Assembly: GCA_023265595.1 (NCBI GenBank)
Contig: JAHFSU010000004.1
Span: forward strand, 1,667 to 65,666
DNA: 64,000 nt
Reading direction: 5' to 3'
From: Deltaproteobacteria bacterium
GTDB lineage: Bacteria > UBA10199 > SPLOWO2-01-44-7
A program made the translations under genes and the position numbers. Shown one piece after another: positions 49,709-58,438 of the stretch (positions within the stretch are counted from its first letter, which is position 1; every line of letters starts with the position of its first letter). The notes under the pieces are model-generated. The model was not told the DNA's origin. It was given only the letters and a program-made list of their open reading frames with translations, and searched no databases.

Positions 49709-49995
49709 TCATTTACGAAGTAAATTTGGATGTGGATAAAGAGATCGCCAAAGATTTTGAGACATGGCTCAAACCCCACATGCAAGAGGTTGTCTCCTGC
49801 GGTCATTTTGAAAAAGCCCTCTCTTATCAAGTGGAAGATCCAATAAAAATTTTATGGACGATTCATTATCATGCAAAAAACCGTTCCCTCGTGGAGACCT
49901 ATCTTGAAGAACATGCACCCCGCCTGCGTGAAGAGGGCCTCAAAAAATTTGGGAAGAAATTCAGGGCTACGCGGCGCATTCTAAAGCAACTGTAA
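49705..49995 (+). CDS. small hypothetical protein (96 aa)
   Basis: ATG overlaps the hppD stop. No known motif. Confidence 0.4.
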   Translation: MIIYEVNLDVDKEIAKDFETWLKPHMQEVVSCGHFEKALSYQVEDPIKILWTIHYHAKNRSLVETYLEEHAPRLREEGLKKFGKKFRATRRILKQL

Positions 49996-50355
49996 ACCGA
50001 CACATTTTTGAAAATGTCTGAAGTCGCCATCTCGTGTAATGAGTAGGACCTTATGATCCAAACAGGATTGGGCAACAAGAGTATCGGCCAATCTCGCTTT
50101 CAACCCTTTACCCATTAATTGGGCGCGCAAAGTTCCCACCCGAATCCAATAATCATCATGCAACTCTAAAAGAGGTATCGATTTGAAGAGGGATACAATT
50201 TCTTTGGAAAGTTTAGAATCACTGAGCAGCTCTGCCAAAACAACCGGCGGCAAAACCGCTTGTTTATGGGCTAAAGCGAGCTCTACTGCTTCGACATCAG
50301 AACCCTTCTGTCCGGAAAAATAGGCAATCCAAGAGCTGGTATCCACGGCAATCAT
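49981..50355 (-). CDS. vapC: PIN-domain toxin VapC
   Basis: IAVDTSSWIAYF...D (acidic residues at conserved PIN positions, C-terminal ITRDGDF). Start overlaps the antitoxin stop. Confidence 0.8.
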   Translation of the reverse strand: MIAVDTSSWIAYFSGQKGSDVEAVELALAHKQAVLPPVVLAELLSDSKLSKEIVSLFKSIPLLELHDDYWIRVGTLRAQLMGKGLKARLADTLVAQSCLDHKVLLITRDGDFRHFQKCVGLQLL

Positions 50356-50558
50356 TAACGATCTTCCCTCAACATTTTCAAACGGATTGAAAGTTTAACT
50401 TTTCCCTTCAGCTTTTCCAGTTTTTCATACACATCGCTGGCCGCTACCAGCTCCAAACCGCGGCGAATGGTAGGGGTAATGCCCAAACCGGTAGCCTCTT
50501 GGGCTTTATCCAGAAGCTCCTCTGAAATTAGGATTGTAATTTTTTTGGCTGTTTCCAT
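50355..50558 (-). CDS. VapB-like antitoxin (ribbon-helix-helix)
   Basis: 67 aa, METAKKITILISEELLDKAQEATG... has the RHH/CopG pattern. Directly upstream of vapC. Confidence 0.6.
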   Translation of the reverse strand: METAKKITILISEELLDKAQEATGLGITPTIRRGLELVAASDVYEKLEKLKGKVKLSIRLKMLREDR

Positions 50559-50607
50559 GCGCTCAAAATACCAGCTTACATACCATAAGTCAATACGGCA
50601 TTTCAGA

Positions 50608-51864
50608 TTATTCCGAAGGGGATTGCCAGTCGACGGTTTTTTCCGGTGTGTCAGACCATTTGGCATCGTCCCAACTTAACGCATAATCTTTTTCACGGTA
50701 GGCGTAGCCGACGGAAGAAATGGAGAGACTTTCAAAATGAGTATCCAACATAACGGCCAAATGAGTCGAAACTTTGGCCCGGGCCGCCAAAGACTGTAAA
50801 GCCGCTTTTCCCTGTGGGCTGTGGGGAAGACCCGCGGGATGAAAAGTGAACGAGCCGACTTGTAAAATTCCTTTTCTCGCCCCGTAGGCCGTATTGCAAA
50901 AAAACATGCACTCATCACTATCCACATTATAGTGGGCATAGGGGGCCGGAATATCTTTGGGGTGCCAGCCTTCCATCTGCGGTTTGAAAGAGCAGAGGGA
51001 AAAACCATTGTTGGGGACGTTCCCCGCCTGAAAAGTCTGGCGATGCGGCGGAGCGGTATGAATAGCACGCGCCACGCCGTGATGGTTGTTGATATCAAAT
51101 ACGAAAGGATAGAGCGCCCCCTCCCAACCGCAAAGGTCAAAAGGATGATGACCGAGAGTCAAAAGGGATACTTTGCCGCCGTCGTGTTTAACATAGAGAG
51201 GAAATTTTCCCCGTTTGTCGATCGGTTTGCCTAATTCCGGCGTTTCAATTTCGGTCTCCACCACCGGCGACATCAGCGTTGCCTGTCCTCCCTTGTTAAA
51301 ATAGTGGGGGGCAAAAACGATCGGGTAGACCGATTCGATCAACAAAAGATAAGCCTGTTTTGATTTGAGATCGATGCGATACGTTGTCCCTTTAGGGACA
51401 ACCATGTAAACATCTTTCCGAAAGGGGAGTGTCCCATATTCGGAATGTAAAATCCCCTCCCCCTCCTGCACAAAATAGATTTCGTGCTTCTCGCCATTTC
51501 TAAAAAAGACCCCCTCCGGAAAACTCTTCTTCGGTTTCAAAATAGATACCACCGTGCGGGGACTAAAAACAATCGGTTTGCGGCATTGCAACGCGTCCCC
51601 TTCTGTCGGCATATCGCCGGTTAAAACATGAAACGGTTGCAAAATATCGGCCTCTTTGGGCGCGGTACAGACGAAATTAAAATCGGCTTTGACCGGCGCT
51701 TGAACCTGCTCCGTTGGGTAGGAACGGACATGCAATTTGCGAGACCACGGGCCGTTAAATCCCAAACTCCCATGAATTTCTTCAAGCGCCAACACTTTTG
51801 GAATGGCATAAAATTCGGTATGCGGCGTTGCGGGAAGATTTCCTTTTTTGATGATCATAACCAT
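50608..51864 (-). CDS. hmgA: homogentisate 1,2-dioxygenase-like cupin
   Basis: About 418 aa. ATG at 51864 has GGAGG 6 nt upstream. Length, overall similarity to HGD and the nearby hppD suggest a tyrosine-catabolism role, but no single diagnostic motif was verified. Confidence 0.65.
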   Translation of the reverse strand: MVMIIKKGNLPATPHTEFYAIPKVLALEEIHGSLGFNGPWSRKLHVRSYPTEQVQAPVKADFNFVCTAPKEADILQPFHVLTGDMPTEGDALQCRKPIVFSPRTVVSILKPKKSFPEGVFFRNGEKHEIYFVQEGEGILHSEYGTLPFRKDVYMVVPKGTTYRIDLKSKQAYLLLIESVYPIVFAPHYFNKGGQATLMSPVVETEIETPELGKPIDKRGKFPLYVKHDGGKVSLLTLGHHPFDLCGWEGALYPFVFDINNHHGVARAIHTAPPHRQTFQAGNVPNNGFSLCSFKPQMEGWHPKDIPAPYAHYNVDSDECMFFCNTAYGARKGILQVGSFTFHPAGLPHSPQGKAALQSLAARAKVSTHLAVMLDTHFESLSISSVGYAYREKDYALSWDDAKWSDTPEKTVDWQSPSE

Positions 51865-51881
51865 AGTCTCCTCCTTTTTGG

Positions 51882-53396
51882 TCAATGTTTAAAATGTCTA
51901 ACACCCGTAAAAACCATCGCGAGATGATATTGATCCGCGGCGGCGATGACTTCGGCATCTTTCACGGAGCCGCCGGGCTGGATGATAGCGGTCGCTTTTG
52001 TTTTGGCGATGGCGCTGATGTTGTCGGGGAAGGGAAAAAAGGCGTCGGAGGCGACAACTCGTGGATCCCTCCAAACTACCGGCGGGCAGGCGTGAATCGT
52101 GGATCGCGAATCGTTGAGTTTCCTTGCGGCAAGTTTTACCGCATCAATACGGCTAGTCTGTCCTCCCCCGATTGCCAAAACGCGATCGGTGCTCGCAAAA
52201 ACAATGGCGTTTGATTTGACATGCTTCGCCACTTTCCAAGCCAATGCCATCGCTTTCATCTCTTTCTGAGTCGGCTCTCTTTTTGTTTTGATTTGCCACG
52301 TCTTTGCCGACTCCATCGCCGTATCGGAATCTTGAACCAAAAGCCCACCGCCGGCGCTGCGCACTGTTTGATCAGGCCCGGCCGTTTCACAACTGATTAA
52401 CAGGCGCAAATTTTTCTTCGCTCTCAAAATATCCAAAGCCTCTTTGGAAAAACCGGGGGCTAAAATGATTTCGAGAAAAATTTTGGAGAGGGCCTCGGCC
52501 GTATTTTTGTCGACCTCCCGATTGAAAGCGACAATCCCGCCGAAAGCAGAGGTCGTATCACAGGCATAAGCCTTCTCAAACGCATCCAACAACGATTTTT
52601 TAGAGCAGGCTACACCGCACGGGTTCGTATGCTTGATTACGGCACAGGCAAACAACTCCCCCTTCAATTCCCGAATGAGCCACCACGCGGCATCGGCATC
52701 CAAAACATTATTGTAGGAGAGTTCTTTTCCCTGAATCGGTTTTTCCCATAGAGGTTTTTTGCCCGACTCCAATTCGAAAAAGGCTTTTTGATGAGGGTTT
52801 TCGCCGTAACGGAGGGAGGTTTTGCGTAAATCAAAAAAATCGGCAATCGCGGCATCGTAGCGAGCCGTCACGGCAAAAACTTTGGCCGCCATCCGTTTGC
52901 GAAATGAGAGAGAGATTGCTTCGTCGTTCGCCTTTGGCGAACGCCTCGCAATGACGGACAAGGCTTCATCATAATCGGTCGTATCGCAGACCACCGTAAC
53001 ATGCTCAAAATTTTTGGCGGCGGCGCGAAGCATTGTCGGCCCGCCGACATCAATCATTTCGATGCCCGGTTTCGATTCAAAGGGATAAAGGTTGACAACC
53101 ACAAGATCGATGAAAGGAATTTTCAAATCGCACATGGCCTTCCGGTCCTCCGTCACATTGCGCCGCGCGAGAATACCTGCATGAACTTTGGGATGGAGCG
53201 ACTTGATCCGCCCTTCTAAAATTTCGGGAAAGCCGGTAAAATCAGAAACATCGGTGACTTCAATCCCGTGTTGCCTCAAAAAGGCAGCCGTTTTTCCGGT
53301 CGATAAAATTTTGAATTTTAGCCCAACCAACTTTTTGGCAAAAGGCTCCAATCCGCTTTTGTCATACACGCTAAGGAGTGCGATTTTTTCGAACAT
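51882..53396 (-). CDS. purH: bifunctional AICAR transformylase / IMP cyclohydrolase
   Basis: [23 protein letters not shown] (MGS-like) and the C-terminal AICARFT region ending ..[10 protein letters not shown]. Confidence 0.95.
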   Translation of the reverse strand: MFEKIALLSVYDKSGLEPFAKKLVGLKFKILSTGKTAAFLRQHGIEVTDVSDFTGFPEILEGRIKSLHPKVHAGILARRNVTEDRKAMCDLKIPFIDLVVVNLYPFESKPGIEMIDVGGPTMLRAAAKNFEHVTVVCDTTDYDEALSVIARRSPKANDEAISLSFRKRMAAKVFAVTARYDAAIADFFDLRKTSLRYGENPHQKAFFELESGKKPLWEKPIQGKELSYNNVLDADAAWWLIRELKGELFACAVIKHTNPCGVACSKKSLLDAFEKAYACDTTSAFGGIVAFNREVDKNTAEALSKIFLEIILAPGFSKEALDILRAKKNLRLLISCETAGPDQTVRSAGGGLLVQDSDTAMESAKTWQIKTKREPTQKEMKAMALAWKVAKHVKSNAIVFASTDRVLAIGGGQTSRIDAVKLAARKLNDSRSTIHACPPVVWRDPRVVASDAFFPFPDNISAIAKTKATAIIQPGGSVKDAEVIAAADQYHLAMVFTGVRHFKH

Positions 53397-53404
53397 GATT
53401 ATTG

Positions 53405-53439
53405 TGTCATCTGGATTCCCGCTTTCGCGGGAATGACAA
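53405..53439. repeat. hairpin repeat family-2 copy
   Basis: tgtcat-ctggattcccgcTTTCgcgggaatgacaa, near-identical to 10627-10655. Confidence 0.55.
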
Positions 53440-53450
53440 GCGAACCACCT

Positions 53451-54809
53451 TTATTTCGCCAAACTCGAGAGACCCATCACACTCTTGATCTGATCATCCA
53501 CAATTTGAAATCCGCCGCCGACAAAATAATCGATCGACTGGCGCGGATTGATAAAATCATCCGCACCGCCGACCAGATACAAATTCTGCGTCAAATTGAG
53601 CTGTCCCAACGCTTTTAAGTGTGGCTTCGAATTGAATTTGGTCTGAAAATCAAAGGCGCTGAACTGGGCATTGAGCGGCCCTTGGGCATAATCGAGGCCA
53701 ACCCCGCCGGTTGATTCAATCAGACCGCCGCGAATTCTCAAATTATAAAATTTCTTGGCGAGCTGTGCCGAAAAAAGGAGTTTGTTCCGCTGCAAAACAG
53801 CCGTTTCGGTCTGCACCGTCGTTGTGGTTCCACCGACCGTAATATTGGTTGTCCGGTTTTCCCGTTTGAGCGGCGGCTCTGTATCATTAACCAAGGATAG
53901 CAAAACCGCTTCATCCGGCGTCAAACCCAAAGCAATATCAAAATAATTTTTAAAATCCTCCGAGGATTTGAGATATTCCGTGTGAAAACCGAGGGACAAT
54001 TCGAGAGAACGATAGCCGCCGAGCGCATCATTCAAACTATCCAGAGAGTCATTGAGTTTTTGAATCGTCTCCGGGTCATTCACCAGTTTGCCGATCGTCC
54101 CGCGCCCTTCGTCAATTTTTTGTGAAATCGATGCAATCCGTTCGCTGGACAGCTCTACATTGGCGCGACTATTGGAAACCATCCCCTTTATTTCATGCGT
54201 TAAATCGGCCATGTTTTGCATGATCCGATCGAGATTCTGTTCGTTACGGACAGAAACCTCCCGCAACACACGAACAAAATCGTTCAGATTATGAACGGTA
54301 GTGGCAATCTCCCCTCCCTTTTCTTCATTCGTCCATCCCTTAATCGTGCCGGTGATATCTTTTACATCATCCGCTACCGAACCAAATTGATTGACCAATG
54401 TGGTCACATCCCCGCCGCTTTCCGTTTTGACAAAGAAATCTCCCTTTTTGAGAGAGGGGAGATGGGGATCGCCGGTAATGATTTCCACATAGGCCTCTCC
54501 CAAAAATCCGCGTGTTTTCAAAAAAGCGAGACTGTTTTGCGGAAATTTCACACTCTTTTTGATAGCCAAACGGGCTTTGGCCTTCCCGTCCGGAGTCAGG
54601 CCGATATCCTTGACCACCCCCACATCGACACCGGCTACTTCAACCGCCGCCTTGGGATAAAGGCCGGCTGCATTGCTGAAGATAGCATAAAGATCATAGC
54701 CGCCGCCCGCGACAATGGACTGATCCCCAACACGAATCGTCGCAAAAATAATAATGATGACGGTGAGGATGGCAAAAATGCCGACCTTTATTTCCGGTTT
54801 GAGTTTCAA
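53451..54809 (-). CDS. MCE-domain (MlaD-like) substrate-binding protein
   Basis: N-terminal TM, then an MCE domain (..YDLYAIFSNAAGLYPKAAVEVAGVDVGVVKDIGL..) and a long helical C-terminal extension. Downstream of mlaE and mlaF. Confidence 0.8.
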   Translation of the reverse strand: MKLKPEIKVGIFAILTVIIIIFATIRVGDQSIVAGGGYDLYAIFSNAAGLYPKAAVEVAGVDVGVVKDIGLTPDGKAKARLAIKKSVKFPQNSLAFLKTRGFLGEAYVEIITGDPHLPSLKKGDFFVKTESGGDVTTLVNQFGSVADDVKDITGTIKGWTNEEKGGEIATTVHNLNDFVRVLREVSVRNEQNLDRIMQNMADLTHEIKGMVSNSRANVELSSERIASISQKIDEGRGTIGKLVNDPETIQKLNDSLDSLNDALGGYRSLELSLGFHTEYLKSSEDFKNYFDIALGLTPDEAVLLSLVNDTEPPLKRENRTTNITVGGTTTTVQTETAVLQRNKLLFSAQLAKKFYNLRIRGGLIESTGGVGLDYAQGPLNAQFSAFDFQTKFNSKPHLKALGQLNLTQNLYLVGGADDFINPRQSIDYFVGGGFQIVDDQIKSVMGLSSLAK

Positions 54810-55546
54810 CCCTTCCCCTCTCCCTTGCGAATAAATTCCTGTACCTCTTCTTTTTTAGAATTTCTGAAAACGTCCGGCGTTCCGGTCTCAATAATTTTGC
54901 CCTTGTATACCATCGATATCTGATCTGCAATACGAAAGGCGGAGGGGATATCGTGGCTGATAACAACCGACGTGATGCTCAATTTTCGCTGCATTTCCAG
55001 AATCAAATTGTCGATCGCCTCGGTCATGATCGGATCCAAGCCGGTTGTCGGTTCATCATATAGAATGATTTCCGGCTGCAGCGCAATAGCGCGGGCCAAG
55101 CCGACACGTTTGCGCATCCCGCCCGAAAGATCCGATGGCATTTTTTTTTCATTGCCGGAAAGTCCCACCAGTGACAGCTTTTCGACCACAATATTTTGAA
55201 TTTCCCTTTCACTCTTTTTTGTATGTTCCCGGAGCGGAAACGCGACATTTTCATAGACATTCATCGAATCAAACAACGCAGCATGTTGGAACAGCATGCC
55301 AAACCGACGGCGAATCTCGTTGAGTTGAAAACGATTGAGTGCTGATAAATTGACCTTATCGAGCATGACCTTGCCACGGTCCGGCTTCCATAAACCGATG
55401 ATATGCCGGAGTAAAACAGTTTTTCCACAACCGGACGGGCCGATGATGACGGTGATTTTGCCGGTAGGGATCACTAAATTCATCCCTTGCAATACGGCCG
55501 TTCCGTTAAATGATTTATACAAATCAACAATTTCAATCATAAGCAA
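54806..55546 (-). CDS. mlaF: ABC transporter ATP-binding protein (MlaF-like)
   Basis: Walker A GPSGCGKT, signature LSGGMRKRVGLARA and Walker B ILYDEPT. Confidence 0.8.
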   Translation of the reverse strand: MLMIEIVDLYKSFNGTAVLQGMNLVIPTGKITVIIGPSGCGKTVLLRHIIGLWKPDRGKVMLDKVNLSALNRFQLNEIRRRFGMLFQHAALFDSMNVYENVAFPLREHTKKSEREIQNIVVEKLSLVGLSGNEKKMPSDLSGGMRKRVGLARAIALQPEIILYDEPTTGLDPIMTEAIDNLILEMQRKLSITSVVISHDIPSAFRIADQISMVYKGKIIETGTPDVFRNSKKEEVQEFIRKGEGKG

Positions 55547-56347
55547 TCAATGATGGTGCGTTGTAAAAAATTCGAGAATCCATGTTGTCAGAAAGTAATC
55601 GGCCACCAAAATAGTGACCGAAGAGGCCACCACGGCCCCGGTCGTGGAGCGGCCCACCCCCTCCGCGCCCCCTTCTGTTTTGAAACCCTTGTAACAACTG
55701 ATCATCGCCAAAAAAAAGCCGAAGACAGCGGCCTTGAGCATCCCTCCGAAAATATCCTCCGGATCGACGTACCAATACAAATGACGCAAAAAAGGCCCCG
55801 ACGGAATATCGAGCAGCGTCGTGCCGACAAGATAGGCGCCGACACAACCGACATAATTGAAGATCATCGTCAACAAAGGGACCATGAAAATACAACCGAT
55901 CACGCGCGGTGAAACGAGATACTGAAGCGGATCCACCGCCATCGTGTAGAGGGCATCGACCTGCTCCGTAACCCGCATCGTTCCAATCTCAGCCGCCATC
56001 GCGGAACCGGCGCGGGCGGTCACCATCAGCGCCGTAAAAACCGGCGCAATTTCCCGGGCCAACGCAAGACCGACCGTGGAGCCGACCAAGTTTTGCATCT
56101 TGAACAACGCAAATGTTTTTCCGGTTTGCAGCGCAAAAACCATGCCGGTAAAAAGACCCGTAAGTAAAATAATCGGCAACGATTGCACACCGATGAATTG
56201 CATCTGGTAGAAAAAGTTATGGTATCGATAGGGAGGCCGGAAGGTCCATGTGATGCTGGCCCACGCAAAACGGCACCAATCCCCAAGCCCCATCAATGCC
56301 GCGAGAAGGACATTCCAAAAAGGGATAAATTTTAAAATGGCTGTCAT
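55547..56347 (-). CDS. mlaE: ABC transporter permease (MlaE-like)
   Basis: 266 aa with 5-6 TM segments. Typical MlaE length and position, 5' of mlaF and the MCE gene. Confidence 0.8.
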   Translation of the reverse strand: MTAILKFIPFWNVLLAALMGLGDWCRFAWASITWTFRPPYRYHNFFYQMQFIGVQSLPIILLTGLFTGMVFALQTGKTFALFKMQNLVGSTVGLALAREIAPVFTALMVTARAGSAMAAEIGTMRVTEQVDALYTMAVDPLQYLVSPRVIGCIFMVPLLTMIFNYVGCVGAYLVGTTLLDIPSGPFLRHLYWYVDPEDIFGGMLKAAVFGFFLAMISCYKGFKTEGGAEGVGRSTTGAVVASSVTILVADYFLTTWILEFFTTHHH

Positions 56348-57477
56348 TGTTTATAAACTCTCGGCATTCTTTTCGAAACGCCGCAGACAATTTCGTAGGG
56401 AATGGTTTTGGCCCATGCGGCCAGTTGATCGGCGGTAATCTTTTCATCCCCTTGTTTTCCCATGAGCACCACTTCATCGCCGACAGGGACGTCTGGAAGA
56501 TCGGTCAAATCGACCATGATCATATCCATCGTGACACGCCCCAAAACCGGCACCCGACGTCCGGAAATCAAAACATGCGCCTTATTGGAAAGGGCCCACG
56601 GATAGCCATCGGCATAGCCGATAGGAATCACCCCGATTTTCGATTTTCGTTTTGTTGTATAGGTACAATTGTAACTGACTTTCGTCCCCTTCGGGACCTG
56701 CTTGATCAAAACGATTTTGCTCATAAGGGACATGACCGGTTTCAAAGAAACTTTCTTTGCGTATTCGGGATAAGGGGGAATCCCATAGAGCATGATGCCG
56801 GGCCGCACCCAATATTGCGAGGTTTGGAAAGATTCAATGGGTGAACCCTCAATAACTGCCGCCGAATTTGCAATATGCCCAATAGGAACTTCACCCATAA
56901 CTTTAAGGATTGTCTCCCCCGCCTCTTTGAATTTTTGAAGTTGCTGCTTAGTATAATCTTCGTTCTGCCTAAAGGCGAGGTGCGTCATAACCCCTTCCAG
57001 TTTCAAATGTTCAGAGACCTTGAGACGGGCCAAAAGATTGGGGAGGGCTTGGAGGGTTACCCCCAAACGGGTCATACCGGTGTCGATTTTAAGATGGATT
57101 TTTAAGGTGCCATACCGTCGGCTAATTTCTTCCAAAAGGTCTATAACGCCGGCTGAATGAACAACAGGGATCAAGTGATGCTTTAACATGACTTGAGCCG
57201 CCTCTTCACCCGAACCTAAAAGCCCCCCCATGACCAAAATCGGTTTTTTAAGCCCCGCATCGCGGAGCTCGACACCCTCTTCCACCGTGGCCACACCGAG
57301 ACAAGTGGCCCCCTCTTTCTCAAAAACTTTGGCGACCGGAACAGCCCCATGCCCATAGGCATCGGCCTTGACCATTGTCAAAATACCGCAATTTTTTGGG
57401 AGACGCTTTTGAACCTCATGATAGTTGTGTTTTAATGCCGCTAAATCGATAACGGCATGAGTCGGGCGTAGCTGCAT
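56344..57477 (-). CDS. alr: alanine racemase
   Basis: PLP-binding motif AVIDLAALKHN...MVKADAYGHGAVPVAKV (AVVKANAYGHG-type). Start MQLRPTHAV at 57477. Confidence 0.9.
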   Translation of the reverse strand: MQLRPTHAVIDLAALKHNYHEVQKRLPKNCGILTMVKADAYGHGAVPVAKVFEKEGATCLGVATVEEGVELRDAGLKKPILVMGGLLGSGEEAAQVMLKHHLIPVVHSAGVIDLLEEISRRYGTLKIHLKIDTGMTRLGVTLQALPNLLARLKVSEHLKLEGVMTHLAFRQNEDYTKQQLQKFKEAGETILKVMGEVPIGHIANSAAVIEGSPIESFQTSQYWVRPGIMLYGIPPYPEYAKKVSLKPVMSLMSKIVLIKQVPKGTKVSYNCTYTTKRKSKIGVIPIGYADGYPWALSNKAHVLISGRRVPVLGRVTMDMIMVDLTDLPDVPVGDEVVLMGKQGDEKITADQLAAWAKTIPYEIVCGVSKRMPRVYKQ

Positions 57478-57536
57478 CGGGGAGATTGCATACTTCAAAA
57501 CTTGCAGATGCGCAACAGCGATGGTAAACATAAAAA

Positions 57537-57992
57537 ATGCGATTTGGGATCACACAAAAGCCCCAGAAACCGATTCGACTTTCCAACCTTCTTGAAATAA
57601 AAGAGGCCTTCTCAAAATATTGTCGAAAAAACCCGATCGATCTGGTATTTGTTCACGGCTCCCTTGCGCAAGATAAATTAAAGACATTGAGCGACATCGA
57701 CATTGCCGTATTATTTAAAGAGGGAGGTAAAGATATTTTGAAAGCTATTTCGAAAACGGTCGACAAACTATCAGAACTCATCGATCGCGAAGATATCGAC
57801 CTCATGATGTTAAACAAAGCGTCCCCCCTTGCTTGCATGCAGGTACTTCGCAACGGCAAAATTCTTTATTGCCGCAATCTATCGGTGCTCAAAAAGTTTC
57901 GCCTAAAAACCATACAACGTTATTTGGCAACGAGCTATTTGCGTACCACATTCAACCGCCGCATGGAGATGGCCATCCTTGGAGAAAAATAA
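57537..57992 (+). CDS. nucleotidyltransferase (MNT-type antitoxin)
   Basis: Pol-beta NTase motif VFVHGSLAQDKLKTLSDIDIAVL (GS-x9-13-D-x-D). Directly followed by a HEPN gene. Confidence 0.7.
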   Translation: MRFGITQKPQKPIRLSNLLEIKEAFSKYCRKNPIDLVFVHGSLAQDKLKTLSDIDIAVLFKEGGKDILKAISKTVDKLSELIDREDIDLMMLNKASPLACMQVLRNGKILYCRNLSVLKKFRLKTIQRYLATSYLRTTFNRRMEMAILGEK

Positions 57993-58418
57993 ATGTCCCC
58001 CCTCGACAAAGAATCAATAGAATCAAAAGTAGCCCGTATTCGGAAAAATTTAAGGGAACTTAAGAAGTTCAGCCAACTTCCCTACAAAGATTACGTCAAA
58101 GATTTCCACAACACCGCCACGGCTGAACGATTCTTGCAGGTCTCCATCGAGGCCATGCTCGACATCGGCTCCCATATTATTGCCGAAGAGGGATTGGGAG
58201 AGCCGATCGAATACCGGAATGTTTTTGCCATTCTGCTACAGGCCAAAATTCTCCCCCCTTCCATGGAAAAATCGTTGATGGATATGGTCGGCTTGAGAAA
58301 CCGCATTGTCCATCTTTATGAAGACATCGACCACAAAATGATCCACCGTTTCCTCAAAAAAGAACTCCCCGATTTCAATCTCTTTATCGAAACCATCACC
58401 CGCTACCTCAAAAAATAA
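57993..58418 (+). CDS. HEPN-domain toxin (HepT/DUF86-like)
   Basis: R-x4-H motif GLRNRIVHLYEDID. ATG abuts the MNT stop. Confidence 0.75.
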   Translation: MSPLDKESIESKVARIRKNLRELKKFSQLPYKDYVKDFHNTATAERFLQVSIEAMLDIGSHIIAEEGLGEPIEYRNVFAILLQAKILPPSMEKSLMDMVGLRNRIVHLYEDIDHKMIHRFLKKELPDFNLFIETITRYLKK

Positions 58419-58438
58419 TTAGCAACAATATTCACGGG

